Source: Gammaproteobacteria bacterium (lineage in GTDB: Bacteria > Pseudomonadota > Gammaproteobacteria > Pseudomonadales > CAMLJR01). Taken from it: 62,019 nucleotides of DNA. The stretch is taken from NCBI GenBank assembly GCA_029265075.1, contig JAJUJZ010000003.1, positions 1 through 62,019 on the forward strand. Reading direction: 5' to 3'. Both the position numbers and the translations under genes were made by a program. This document shows, piece by piece, positions 8,914 to 19,867 of the stretch. Under the pieces are notes generated by a model. The model was given only the letters and a program-made list of their open reading frames with translations. It made no database searches and was not told the origin of the DNA. Within the stretch, counting starts at the first letter, position 1. Each line of letters opens with the position of its first letter.

Positions 8914-11900
8914 ATGTATCTTAAGCGATCCATCACCGTCAACTGGGGCAACCTGCCGGCACAGGAGCTGGAATTCGGCCCCGTCAATCTCTTCTCCGGC
9001 GGCAACGGCTCGGGCAAGACTACCGCTGCCGACGCGCTGCAGACGCTGATGACGGCCGCGCATGACAATCTGTTCAACTATAACCCCGGCCAGGATGAGA
9101 CAACTCAGCGCGGCCGGGGCGGCAAACAGGTGCGCACCCTCGCCTCTTACGTGCTCGGCTGCGACGACGGCGCCTTCGCCCGTCCATGGAGCACCGACGG
9201 TTACATCGCCGGCGTCTTCCATCCCACCCAGGGGGAAACCGCCGAACCCTTTACCGCCGTAATAGGCGTACGCGCCCACCTCGATCGCGCCGGCGCCGCT
9301 GCACAGGCGCGCCAGGATGAACTGCTGCTGATGATCGTAGCCGGCGAGATGCTGTCGCTCTCGCACTTCCTGCGCGACTACAAGGATGGGCGCCATATCA
9401 CGCCGGTGACCGAGTTGCCCGATCTGCTGCGCCGCGAATTCGGCAAGCAGGCAGTGGAGGTCTACGACAAGAAGGGCAGCTACCTTGCCCGCCTTTATGG
9501 TGCTCTGCGCGGCAAGCGCGATGCAGTTTCCAGCCGCGAGGCGAAAAACGCCGCCCGCACCTTCGCCAACTTCATGGCCTACAAGCCGGTGAAGTCGATC
9601 GACCAGTTCGTCGCCGAGGAGGTGCTGGAGCCGCGCGACATGGGCGATACGGTGCGGCGCATCCGCGATCTGCTGCGCACCGTGCACGGCATGGAACAGG
9701 AGGCTGCCCGGCTGCGCGCCAGCGTCGCTCAGCTGGAGACCGCGCGCGGCCACGCCGACAGCTACGTCGAACTCTGGGTGGAGCGCACGGCGCTGGGCTA
9801 CGGCGCAGCAGCCCAGGCTTATGCGCATAACCAGCGTGACTATCTCGCTGCCAAGGATGAGCAGCAGCGGCTGCGGCAAGAGCAGGCGGCCCTCGAAGAG
9901 GAGCAGCAGCTCACCCACCAGCGTCTGCAGGCGGCTCAGCAGGAACTGGTCGAGCTGCGCGCGCGGATGCTCGGCATCCCCGCGCTGCGCACCAGGGATG
10001 AACTGGAACGCGAGCGCGTGCGTCTTGAAGAGGCCCTGCGCGCTGGCGTCAAACCGCTGCTCGAACAGGAACAGCAGCGCCAGACTAACCTGAAAGCAGT
10101 GCGTGCCATTCGTGCAGCGCTCGCTGCAGAAAGCCTGGAGCTGGTGCTGCCGGAGTTTGCCGCGCGCGGCTGGCGCGAGGCCACACGAGAACTGCTGGCG
10201 AGCGCCGACCAGCCGCTGCCCGATCTCAATCAGCTGCTGGCGCGCGACTGGATTGATCTGGCGCCGCTCGATGCCGGCCTCGATCAGATCCGCCTGCAAC
10301 AGCAGTTGCACAACCGTATCGCCGAGCTGCTGCACGGTCAGCCCGGCGCTGACAATACGCTCGCCCTGCGCGCGCGCCGCCTGCTGGACGAGCGTACCCG
10401 TGAAGTGCAGGCGGTCGAGCGCCAGGTGGCGCAGACCGAACGACAGATTGCCGCCCTGGAATCGCAGCGCGTCAGCTATCCCGCCGACGTCGAAGCGGCG
10501 GTGCAGGCGATCCGCCAGCAGTGTCCGCAGGCCGATCCGCGGGTGCTGTGCGACTACGTGGAAGTGTCCGATCCCGAGTGGCAGATGGCCATCGAAGGTT
10601 ATATCGGTGGCGCCCGCTTCGGCATTCTGGTCGAACCGGAGTTTGAGGCAGAGGCCATCCGCATCGTGCGTCGCCTCAGCGGCAGCCGCAACCGCGCACG
10701 TGTCATCCAGGGCGAGCAGGCGCGGCGCGACGCGGAGAAACAGAACCTGCCGGCAGGCTCCATCATTGAGGTGATCTGTTTTCACCACCGCATCGCTGAG
10801 CATTATCTGCGCGCCTCCTACGGCAACGTGGTGCGGGTACAGGATGCACAGACACTGCGCCGTACCCGACGTGGCGTGACCGCCGATGGCATGGGCTCTG
10901 GCAACTATGCACTGTTCCGCTGCGACCTTGCCGATAGCGAACTGGTGTTCGGCCAGAGCGCCCGGGAACGTAACCTTCGCGCCCAGCAGCAGGCACTCTC
11001 AGCACTGCATGACAAGCTCACGCAGACGGTGCGCGATCGCGATCAGATCGCCGAAGTCGTCGCCAGGCTGGCCTGTTTCCATCCGCTCGACCACGCCGCA
11101 GCCGCCAGCCGGCTGCTCGATCTCCAGCGCCAGCTGCGCGACGTAGAGCAGCAGCTGGAAGAACTCGACCTTGACGCCCACCGCGACCTGCAGGACGACG
11201 AAGCGCGCGTCCAGGCGCGTTACAACGAGCTGCAGGCGCTGGAGGGGACGCTCAACAAGCGCGCTGGCTCGCTGGAGGAACAGCGGCGCAGTGCTGATGC
11301 CCGCATCCGCCATTTCGCCGACCAGAGCGATGCGTTGCTGGAGAAACGCGAACAGGCTGAGGAGCAGCTATTCGCCGCTGCACGCAAGATGCCCGGCATC
11401 GACGCCGAGGCACGCATTGGCGGAATCGACGCGCGCCTGGAGCAGAGCCACGTCGATATCGATTTCATCGAGCAGGAGATAGCACTGACATCGGAGCTGA
11501 GCCACACTGCGGTCGCACTGGAACGGGCCGTCCGCGACTACAACGATAGGGCGCTGCCCGCAGATCTGGTGATGAGTGATACCACCTGCGATCTGCACTC
11601 GCTCGCCTTCCTCGCTCATGTCGGCAATATCCGCGCGCAACTCGACGCGCAGCACAACCGCCTGCGCAACAACGTGCTGCTGGAAAAACAGGAGCAGCTG
11701 ACTGCGTTGCGGGAGACTTTCAATACCACTTTCGTCAGCGATCTCTGTCACGAAATTCATCAGGCGATCAACGACGGCAAGCGGGTGCTCGACAATCTCA
11801 ACAAGGAGCTCGAACACCACCGCTTTGGTGCAGATCGCGAACGCTTCGAGTTCGAGTGGAGCTGGGTGCCGGAATACAAGGAGTACTGGGATTTCTTCGG

Positions 11901-12543
11901 CGAGGTCATGAAGATTCCCAATCTCGGCGATGGCAGCTCACTGTTTGAGGGCGGCCTCAGACCGCGCGAAGCTGCCGTGCGCGACCGTCTGCTGGCACTG
12001 CTGCTGGATGGCGACGAACAACAGGCGCTGCGCGAGCTGGAGCGGCTCAGCGATTACCGTCGCTACCGCCGTTACGACATCATCAAGTATCCCGAAGGCA
12101 AGCCGGGCATTCGCCTCAGCGAATACGGCACCGGGTCGGGCGGCCAGCTGGAGACACCGGCCTACATCATTCGCGCCGCCGCCGTCACCAGCGCCTTCCG
12201 CTTCAACGAGGGCGACAGTCATCTGCGGATGGTGATCGTCGACGAAGCCTTCATGCACATGGACGAGAACCGCTCGCGCGAGGTAATCAGCTACCTCACC
12301 GAAACGCTCGGCCTGCAGCTGATTTTCATCATGCCGACCAGCAAGGCTGGCCCCTTCCTCGATCTGATCAGCAACCAGTTTGTGTTCGCCAAGGTGCCCA
12401 GTCCGGAACCGGTAGGCGAGCTCAACACACGAGTGCTGGTCGACCGCCAGCAGCTCAATCGCGAACGGGTCGCCGAACTGTGGGCCAATCACCGCCGGGT
12501 CATCCGCCAGCAGGGCGCGCTGGATTTCATGGAAGAGGTATAG
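8914..12543 (+). CDS. mksB: SMC/MukB-type ATPase (MksB/JetC-like), about 1209 aa
   Basis: Walker A GGNGSGKTT (8998-9024). Two long Q/E/L/R-rich coiled-coil arms. Central hinge-like segment (PEWQMAIEGYIGGARFGILV, about 10.5-10.95 kb). Signature SGGQ (12136-12147) and Walker B MVIVDE (12229-12246). Start chosen at MYLKRSITVNW; ATG 8857 is an alternative, and the ORF-track start at 8740 overlaps mksE. Confidence 0.8.
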   Translation: MYLKRSITVNWGNLPAQELEFGPVNLFSGGNGSGKTTAADALQTLMTAAHDNLFNYNPGQDETTQRGRGGKQVRTLASYVLGCDDGAFARPWSTDGYIAGVFHPTQGETAEPFTAVIGVRAHLDRAGAAAQARQDELLLMIVAGEMLSLSHFLRDYKDGRHITPVTELPDLLRREFGKQAVEVYDKKGSYLARLYGALRGKRDAVSSREAKNAARTFANFMAYKPVKSIDQFVAEEVLEPRDMGDTVRRIRDLLRTVHGMEQEAARLRASVAQLETARGHADSYVELWVERTALGYGAAAQAYAHNQRDYLAAKDEQQRLRQEQAALEEEQQLTHQRLQAAQQELVELRARMLGIPALRTRDELERERVRLEEALRAGVKPLLEQEQQRQTNLKAVRAIRAALAAESLELVLPEFAARGWREATRELLASADQPLPDLNQLLARDWIDLAPLDAGLDQIRLQQQLHNRIAELLHGQPGADNTLALRARRLLDERTREVQAVERQVAQTERQIAALESQRVSYPADVEAAVQAIRQQCPQADPRVLCDYVEVSDPEWQMAIEGYIGGARFGILVEPEFEAEAIRIVRRLSGSRNRARVIQGEQARRDAEKQNLPAGSIIEVICFHHRIAEHYLRASYGNVVRVQDAQTLRRTRRGVTADGMGSGNYALFRCDLADSELVFGQSARERNLRAQQQALSALHDKLTQTVRDRDQIAEVVARLACFHPLDHAAAASRLLDLQRQLRDVEQQLEELDLDAHRDLQDDEARVQARYNELQALEGTLNKRAGSLEEQRRSADARIRHFADQSDALLEKREQAEEQLFAAARKMPGIDAEARIGGIDARLEQSHVDIDFIEQEIALTSELSHTAVALERAVRDYNDRALPADLVMSDTTCDLHSLAFLAHVGNIRAQLDAQHNRLRNNVLLEKQEQLTALRETFNTTFVSDLCHEIHQAINDGKRVLDNLNKELEHHRFGADRERFEFEWSWVPEYKEYWDFFGEVMKIPNLGDGSSLFEGGLRPREAAVRDRLLALLLDGDEQQALRELERLSDYRRYRRYDIIKYPEGKPGIRLSEYGTGSGGQLETPAYIIRAAAVTSAFRFNEGDSHLRMVIVDEAFMHMDENRSREVISYLTETLGLQLIFIMPTSKAGPFLDLISNQFVFAKVPSPEPVGELNTRVLVDRQQLNRERVAELWANHRRVIRQQGALDFMEEV

Positions 12544-12567
12544 CCGGCTCTTTCCGCAGGAGCCGGC
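12543..12567 (+). terminator. 8-bp perfect stem-loop overlapping the mksB stop codon; no T-tract
   Basis: GCCGGCTC-TTTCCGCAG-GAGCCGGC read directly. Confidence 0.35.
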
Positions 12568-12716
12568 CCTGCAGGTGAACCCCCGAACGCGAACGCTGTG
12601 CCGGCTCCTTCTTCGACACAGGCGGCTTCTGCAGCGGCCAAATTGCCCCTCGTCGCAACCTCGCTTTATAGTGGCTGAGATCTACCGGCTATCGCCGCCA
12701 CCAGGGGAGATCTGTT

Positions 12717-14534
12717 GTGAACCGCGGAACCCAGATCAATTTCTGGTATGTCCTGTTCGCTGTCATGGGAATCGTGCTGCTGCGTGATCTCTGGGTGCAG
12801 ACACAGACGGTCGAGTCCATTCCCTACAGCCAGCTTGAGCGCTATCTCGAGCAGGGGGTCGTCGAGCAGGTCACCATTGGCAGCCGCGCCATCCACGGCA
12901 CCTTCAAAACTCCCCAGAACGGCAAGACTGCCTTCGTCACCACGCCGGTCGCGCCCGAGCTGGCCGCGCGGCTCAATGAAGCCGGCGTCACCTACGCCGG
13001 AGCGGTAGAAAACACCTGGTTCACCACCCTGTTGTCGTGGGTGCTGCCGGCGCTGGTCTTTGTAGGCATCTGGATGTTCGTGATCCGGCGCATGAGCAAC
13101 CGGCTTGGCGCCGGTGGGCTGATGTCGATCGGCAAGAGCAAAGCCAAGGTCTACATCGAGACCGATATCAAGGTGACTTTCGCTGATGTCGCCGGCGTCG
13201 ACGAGGCCAAGGCGGAGCTGCAGGAAGTGGTCGATTTTCTGCAGAACCCCGCCGAGTACGGCCGTCTGGGCGCCCGCATGCCAAAGGGCATTCTGCTGGT
13301 GGGGCCACCCGGCACCGGCAAGACGCTGCTGGCACGGGCAGTGGCGGGTGAAGCGAAAGTGCCTTTTTTCTCTATCTCCGGCTCGGAATTTGTGGAAATG
13401 TTCGTCGGTGTTGGCGCGGCGCGGGTGCGGGATCTGTTTGAGCAGGCACGCAAGGCGGCGCCTGCCATTATCTTCATCGACGAGCTGGATGCCCTCGGTC
13501 GCGCCCGCGGCGCGGCCACCGTGCACGGCGGCAACGAAGAACGGGAGCAGACGCTGAATCAGCTGCTGAACGAGCTGGACGGCTTCGATCCGGGCCAGGG
13601 TGTGGTGCTTCTTTCTGCTACCAACCGTCCGGAAATTCTCGACCCGGCATTACTGCGGGCCGGGCGCTTCGATCGCCAGGTGCTGGTCGATCGTCCCGAT
13701 CGCCAGGGCCGGGTGCAGATTCTGCAGGTGCATATCAGGAAGATCGTTCTCGCTGACGACATCGTGCTGGACGAGATCGCGGCGCTCACCACCGGCTTTT
13801 CGGGTGCCGATCTCGCCAACCTGGTCAACGAAGCGGCCCTGCTGGCGACCCGTCGCGGCGGCAAGGTGGTCGCCATGGAAGACTTCACCCACGCGATCGA
13901 ACGCATCGTCGCCGGGCTGGAGAAGCGCAATCGCCTGATCAATCCACGCGAACGCGAGATCGTGGCCTACCACGAAGCCGGCCATGCCCTCGTGAGCATG
14001 GCACTGCCCGGAAACGACCGGGTGCACAAGGTCTCAATCATCCCGCGCGGCGTCGGAGCGCTGGGTTATACCATTCAGCGGCCGACCGAAGACCGGTTTC
14101 TGATGACCGAGGCGGAGCTCCGCAACAAAATTGCGGTCCTGCTGGCCGGGCGTGCAGCGGAGAAGCTGGTATTCGACCATTTTTCAACCGGTGCTGCCGA
14201 TGACCTGGCCCGCGCCACTGATATCGCGCGGTCGATGGTCGCGCGCTATGGCATGGACCCCGAGCTGGGTAGTGTCAGCTATGAACAGGAGCGGGGTCAC
14301 TTTCTGGATCAGCGACCGCCGGTGTGGTTCGAGCGCAATTACAGTGAGGCGACGGCCGAAGCCATGGACCGGGCGGTGCGCAATCTCGTACAGGATGTGT
14401 TCGCCCAGGCACTGACGATTCTCAGCAGCAACCGCGACATTCTGGAGCGAGTGGCCAGTCGCCTGCTGGAGCGGGAGACGCTGGAAGAAGAGGAGCTGGT
14501 CGATCTGGCTCAGGGGCTGCGAGCCGCTTCGTAG
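12717..14534 (+). CDS. ftsH: FtsH-family membrane AAA+ zinc metalloprotease (probable second paralogue)
   Basis: Two N-terminal TM segments. Walker A GPPGTGKT, Walker [33 protein letters not shown] and M41 zinc motif HEAGHAL. GTG start preceded by GGGGAGA. Not in the usual ftsJ-ftsH-folP context. Confidence 0.92.
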   Translation: MNRGTQINFWYVLFAVMGIVLLRDLWVQTQTVESIPYSQLERYLEQGVVEQVTIGSRAIHGTFKTPQNGKTAFVTTPVAPELAARLNEAGVTYAGAVENTWFTTLLSWVLPALVFVGIWMFVIRRMSNRLGAGGLMSIGKSKAKVYIETDIKVTFADVAGVDEAKAELQEVVDFLQNPAEYGRLGARMPKGILLVGPPGTGKTLLARAVAGEAKVPFFSISGSEFVEMFVGVGAARVRDLFEQARKAAPAIIFIDELDALGRARGAATVHGGNEEREQTLNQLLNELDGFDPGQGVVLLSATNRPEILDPALLRAGRFDRQVLVDRPDRQGRVQILQVHIRKIVLADDIVLDEIAALTTGFSGADLANLVNEAALLATRRGGKVVAMEDFTHAIERIVAGLEKRNRLINPREREIVAYHEAGHALVSMALPGNDRVHKVSIIPRGVGALGYTIQRPTEDRFLMTEAELRNKIAVLLAGRAAEKLVFDHFSTGAADDLARATDIARSMVARYGMDPELGSVSYEQERGHFLDQRPPVWFERNYSEATAEAMDRAVRNLVQDVFAQALTILSSNRDILERVASRLLERETLEEEELVDLAQGLRAAS

Positions 14535-14612
14535 AGGCCTGCCGTGCAGGCAAATCTGTTAATTCATGTCACGGCGAACGCAGCGGCACAGCCCCGGGAT
14601 CGGACTCTGAGA

Positions 14613-14643
14613 CAAAAAAACCCCACGGCTGAGGCATGGGGTT
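14613..14643 (-). terminator. Rho-independent terminator of folD
   Basis: Minus-strand RNA AACCCCAUG-CCUCAGC-CGUGGGGUU followed by U7, 20 nt after the folD stop. Confidence 0.8.
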
Positions 14644-14662
14644 CCTGATCAGCGGCTGACTA

Positions 14663-15511
14663 TTACCTGCCAGCCAGCTTCTTCTCCGCTGCGGCCACGC
14701 TCTGGAAGATCAGCGTGTTGATCGTCATCGGCCCAACGCCACCGGGAACCGGGGTATAGGCCGATGCCTTGCCGATTACAGCGGAGAGCTCGATGTCGCC
14801 CACGCCCGGCGGATGATAGCCGGCGTCGACCACGACCGCGCCTTCCTTGATCCACTCGCCCTTGATCAGCTCCGGCTTGCCGACCGCGCCGACCACGATA
14901 TCCGCCTGCCTGACGATCTCGGCCAGATTTTTGGTGCGCGAGTGGCAGATGGTGACCGTCGCGTTGGCATTGAGCAGCATCAGTGCCATCGGCTTGCCAA
15001 GGATCGGGCTGCGGCCCACGACCACGGCGTGCTTGCCGGCCAGCTCGATATCGTAGGCTTCGAGCAGGCGCATGATGCCGGCCGGCGTGGCCGAGCCGTA
15101 AGCTTCTTCGCCCATCGACATGCGGCCAAAGCCGAGACAGGTCACGCCATCGACATCCTTCTCGAGATCGATCGCGTCGAAGCAGGCGCGCTCGTTGATC
15201 TGGCTGGGAACCGGGTGCTGCAGCAGGATGCCGTGCACGTTCGGGTTGGCGTTGAGTTCCTGGATCTTCGCCAGCAGCTCCTCGGTCGTCGTCTCTTCCG
15301 GCAGCTCGACTTTCAGCGAGTCCATACCGACACGATGGCAGGCATTGCCCTTCATCCTGACGTAGGTAGCCGACGCCGGGTCGTTACCGACCAGAATGGT
15401 CGCGAGAATAGGAGTGGCGCCGCTCTGCTCCTTGATCTTTGCAACCCGGGCGCGCAACTCTTCCTCGGAGCGCGCGGCCAGAGCCTTTCCATCTAGTACT
15501 TTCGCTGACAT
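14663..15511 (-). CDS. folD: Bifunctional 5,10-methylene-THF dehydrogenase / methenyl-THF cyclohydrolase
   Basis: [12 protein letters not shown]... N-terminus, [14 protein letters not shown] and VPGGVGPMT motifs. Start trimmed from 15673 to ATG 15511. Confidence 0.93.
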   Translation of the reverse strand: MSAKVLDGKALAARSEEELRARVAKIKEQSGATPILATILVGNDPASATYVRMKGNACHRVGMDSLKVELPEETTTEELLAKIQELNANPNVHGILLQHPVPSQINERACFDAIDLEKDVDGVTCLGFGRMSMGEEAYGSATPAGIMRLLEAYDIELAGKHAVVVGRSPILGKPMALMLLNANATVTICHSRTKNLAEIVRQADIVVGAVGKPELIKGEWIKEGAVVVDAGYHPPGVGDIELSAVIGKASAYTPVPGGVGPMTINTLIFQSVAAAEKKLAGR

Positions 15512-15571
15512 GAGAGTTTCCGATGCAATGAGTGGCTGGGGAGGCGGCCCACTGTCGGCGGGCCGTGCAGT

Positions 15572-15596
15572 GGGCGCATTATCGCAAAATGCGCCC
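15572..15596 (-). other. Intercistronic 9-bp stem-loop between purU and folD
   Basis: GGGCGCATT-ATCGCAA-AATGCGCCC read directly. Confidence 0.3.
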
Positions 15597-15626
15597 AGTT
15601 CAAGAATGGGAAGCGTGGAACGCGCT

Positions 15627-16496
15627 TCAGAAAACCACCGTACCCCGGCCGTGGACGATGATGCGGTCGTCAAGATGCGCGTTCACCGCCTTGGCCAGTA
15701 CGATGCGCTCGACATCGCGACCCTTGCGCACCAGATCTTCGACCTCGTCCTCGTGGGTGGCGTCGACCACGCCCTGGGCAATGATCGGACCTTCGTCCAG
15801 ATCAGCCGTGGCGTAGTGGGCGGTGGCACCGACCAGCTTCACACCGCGCTCAAATGCCTGGTGGTACGGCTTGGCACCGATGAACGCCGGCAGCGTCGAG
15901 TGGTGAATATTGATGATCTGGTGCGGGAACGCGGCACAGAAATCATCCGACAGGATCTGCATGTAGCGCGCCATGACCACCAGATCGATGTTGTACTCAC
16001 GCAGCAGAGCGATCTCCTTCGCTTCCTGCTCGGCCTTGTTGTCTTTGGTGATCTTGAAGACGTGGTACGGAATGTTGAACGTCTCCGCCAGCGCCCGCTG
16101 ATCTTCGTGGTTGGAAATGATCAGCGGAATGTCGCAGTTCAGCTCACCAATCTGCCAGCGGGTCAGCAGGTCGACGATGCAGTGGTAGTACTTCGAGGTG
16201 AAGATGGCAACGCGCTTCTTCTTGTCGGAATAGGAAATCTTCCACTCCATCTGAAAGCGGGCAGCCATTTCGCCGATATCACGCTCCAGCGCTTCGCGAC
16301 TGCCTTCCAGCTCGCTCAGATCGAACTTGATGCGTTGGAAGAAGCGCGAATCGGTACGGGCCGTATGCTGGTGCAGGTCCAGAATGTTGAGTTTGCGGCT
16401 GGCCAGCATATTGGTCACCGTGGCGACCAGCCCCTTTTGGTCAGGGCAGGTAATAAGTAGCGTCGCGGTCAAATTATCGTGACTCATGGTGAGCAT
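15627..16496 (-). CDS. purU: Formyltetrahydrofolate deformylase
   Basis: N-terminal ACT domain ([19 protein letters not shown]) plus formyltransferase core ([21 protein letters not shown]). ATG 16487 is an alternative start. Confidence 0.92.
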   Translation of the reverse strand: MLTMSHDNLTATLLITCPDQKGLVATVTNMLASRKLNILDLHQHTARTDSRFFQRIKFDLSELEGSREALERDIGEMAARFQMEWKISYSDKKKRVAIFTSKYYHCIVDLLTRWQIGELNCDIPLIISNHEDQRALAETFNIPYHVFKITKDNKAEQEAKEIALLREYNIDLVVMARYMQILSDDFCAAFPHQIINIHHSTLPAFIGAKPYHQAFERGVKLVGATAHYATADLDEGPIIAQGVVDATHEDEVEDLVRKGRDVERIVLAKAVNAHLDDRIIVHGRGTVVF

Positions 16497-16566
16497 CCTT
16501 CAATGTGCAAAAAATGACTGTACGAAGCGCTGAACTGCAAAGCCCGAGGCAGCCTTGAAAGGCGCG

Positions 16567-17475
16567 TCAGAGCTTGACGTCGAAGCCGCCTTTCGGCTTC
16601 AGCTCAAATTCGCCGTTCTGCACGGCATACATCCAGGCAACCGACTTCTCCAGCCCGCCGAGCGGGTAGAGATGCACGAGATTGATGCCACACTCAGGAT
16701 CATTGGCCTGATAGCTGGCCAGATCGCGCACCAGCTGGTCTGGTGCCTGGGTGGTCATCAACCGGGCGATATTGGCAGCCTGCCGCGTCAGGAATCGCAT
16801 CGAAGGGCCGACTCCGCACGCCTGCGCATGGCGCAGCAGCGTCTTGATGGTGGCCAGCCCAGGGATACCGATATGGATCGGCAGCTCGTTGCCTTCGGCA
16901 CGGATCCGTTTGTCCCATTCGATCACCGGCGCCGCTTCGAACACGAACTGGGTGGTGATGTACATCTCCACGTCATTCTGCTTGGCCCAGGCGTTCTTTT
17001 CCAGCAGCGCTCTGGTTACTTCCGCCGGCGGAATATCGGGGCTGCCCTCGGGGTGTCCAGCGACGCCTACCTTGCGGATGCCATATTTCTGCAGCAGATC
17101 GGTCTGCAGCACCTGAATGGTGGAATCAAACTCGCCAACCGGGTGGGTAACGCCGCCACCGATCAGCAATGCTTCCCGCACGTTGGTTTCGGCTTGCAGC
17201 TGCTTCAGGTTCTCCTCAAGGAACTGCTTCGAGGGAATCGAGCGCGCGGCCAGGTGCGGCACGGGATTCATCCCTTCCGCTGAAAGACGCTGTACGCATT
17301 CCACCGTGTCCGCAAAGTCGGAACCCGGCAGAAAAGTGACATAAACAGTGGTGCCTTCCTTGAGGATCGCCCTGAAACTGTCGATCTTTCTGGCGCCGCC
17401 CGGCGTAACTTCAACCGTGCAGCCGGCCATGAAGCGGCGGATATTTTCATGCTCTTGCATTACGTCAGTAGTCAT
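16567..17475 (-). CDS. metF: Methylenetetrahydrofolate reductase-family protein (MetF-like, demethylase-associated)
   Basis: MTHFR-fold length and motifs (VTFLPGS, GHPEG, TQFVF). Sits directly after a LigM-type demethylase, as in the recalled Sphingobium ligM-metF cluster. Start trimmed to ATG 17475, which has a GAGG SD. Confidence 0.8.
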   Translation of the reverse strand: MTTDVMQEHENIRRFMAGCTVEVTPGGARKIDSFRAILKEGTTVYVTFLPGSDFADTVECVQRLSAEGMNPVPHLAARSIPSKQFLEENLKQLQAETNVREALLIGGGVTHPVGEFDSTIQVLQTDLLQKYGIRKVGVAGHPEGSPDIPPAEVTRALLEKNAWAKQNDVEMYITTQFVFEAAPVIEWDKRIRAEGNELPIHIGIPGLATIKTLLRHAQACGVGPSMRFLTRQAANIARLMTTQAPDQLVRDLASYQANDPECGINLVHLYPLGGLEKSVAWMYAVQNGEFELKPKGGFDVKL

Positions 17476-17580
17476 GGTCGACCTCAAAAACGGAGCGGAA
17501 GCGCGGCTGCGATTACCTGCAGTCGAGCCGCGTTCCTGCGGCACTAATGATTCTGGTCGCAGCGACGAGCGCTGCGGCAA

Positions 17581-17607
17581 GGGTGAAGGAGCTTCCCTCC
17601 TCCACCC
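17581..17607 (-). other. Stem-loop immediately after the ligM stop (11 bp including one G-U on the minus RNA)
   Basis: Minus RNA GGGUGGAGGAG-GGAAG-CUCCUUCACCC followed by UU. Intercistronic between ligM and metF. Confidence 0.3.
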
Positions 17608-17618
17608 TTGAAGCGGAA

Positions 17619-19163
<1,545 letters not shown>

Positions 19164-19239
19164 CTAAGCGCGTCGACTGTCTGGGCGTGCGGTGCACAGC
19201 TGTCTGAGCCACTGCCGAGCCGTTGCTGCGGACAGCGAA

Positions 19240-19260
19240 ACGGCTCCGCACAGGAGCCGT
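19240..19260 (-). terminator. Terminator-like hairpin inside the ligM upstream leader
   Basis: Minus RNA ACGGCUCC-UGUGC-GGAGCCGU followed by UUUCGCU, about 220 nt upstream of the ligM ATG. Confidence 0.35.
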
Positions 19261-19302
19261 CAAGCTGTGTCACCGGCCCGCCAGGCGAACCGACTGGTAC
19301 TG

Positions 19303-19331
19303 ATATTGACCGGAACGAAGGGCGGAGTCAA
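19303..19331 (-). promoter_or_regulatory. Candidate sigma70 promoter TTGACT-N17-CAATAT reading toward ligM
   Basis: Good -35 hexamer, 17-nt spacer, weak -10. Lies between the response-regulator terminator and the leader hairpin. Confidence 0.3.
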
Positions 19332-19417
19332 TGCCTTTTTAGGCCTGACCAGCTGGTTCGGCCAGCGGCCCGCCTCCAAACCTCATGGTTCGGGTGCAGA
19401 GTGGTGTTTTAGCGGGG

Positions 19418-19445
19418 AAAAAGCGCACGCAGCGGAGGCATGCGC
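19418..19445 (-). terminator. Rho-independent terminator of the kinase / response-regulator operon
   Basis: Minus RNA GCGCAUGC-CUCCGCU-GCGUGCGC followed by UUUUU, 21 nt after the response-regulator stop. Confidence 0.7.
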
Positions 19446-19465
19446 GCGGACAGGACAACGCGGGC

Positions 19466-19867
19466 TCAGCCGCCCTGAATGCGGTGAAAGTTGCGCCAGC
19501 GCGCTTCCAGCTCTGCGGCGAGCGAAAGTGGCGCAAACGGTTTGATGATGACATCGAAAGCACCCAGCCGGCGGTAACCGTCCAGCTCGTCCGGGCGTAC
19601 TTTGGCGGTCATGAAAATGACGGGGACGGCCTGCAGGTCCATGACCGCGCTGAGCCGTTGCAACGTGGTGGGGCCGTCCATGTCCGGCATCATGACATCC
19701 AGCAGGATGAGCTGCGGCGCGAACGCCGGCGCCTGTGTCAGCGCCTCATCTCCCGACGCACAGCTGAGCACCGTGAGCCCGCCCACTTTTTCCAGCGCAA
19801 CCCGTGCCACCGCCCGGATGGAGGCGTCATCCTCGACGTGGAGCACACGCTCCAGCCGGGCGGTCAC
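19466..19867 (-). CDS. Stand-alone CheY-like receiver domain response regulator (no output domain)
   Basis: HVEDD, LILLDVMMPDMDG and KP motifs. 133 aa. GTG start overlaps the kinase stop (GTGA). Confidence 0.9.
   Translation of the reverse strand: MTARLERVLHVEDDASIRAVARVALEKVGGLTVLSCASGDEALTQAPAFAPQLILLDVMMPDMDGPTTLQRLSAVMDLQAVPVIFMTAKVRPDELDGYRRLGAFDVIIKPFAPLSLAAELEARWRNFHRIQGG

Noticed and set aside
8734-10803. 689-aa ORF antisense to the SMC-like gene. Similar long antisense ORFs include 15396..16460, 26111..27337, 31056..32798, 41382..42422, 43218..44270, 48581..49954 and 55514..56530.
   Set aside because: All lie opposite strongly supported genes with recognisable motifs. Their translations are Arg/Ala/Gly/His-rich low-complexity sequence, typical of shadow frames in GC-rich DNA. 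No start-site signals are present.
12543-12716. The idea that FtsH is a fourth subunit or effector of the SMC operon, replacing JetD.
   Set aside because: It is not supported as a feature. A hairpin, a 174-nt gap and an independent SD with GTG start suggest a separate transcription unit. FtsH has a complete housekeeping-type architecture. It is retained only as a low-weight hypothesis in the findings.
19261-19417. Possible ZTP (pfl) or glycine riboswitch upstream of the folate/C1 operon. Segments such as GCUGGCCGAAC, CGCCUGGCGGG and ACCGAAGCGACAA are reminiscent of these motifs.
   Set aside because: The matches are only short and partial. I could not assemble the required P1/P2/pseudoknot or the tandem aptamer architecture by eye. 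The terminator-like hairpin is about 220 nt from the ATG, which is atypical. The region is kept as a generic structured-leader finding pending an Rfam search.
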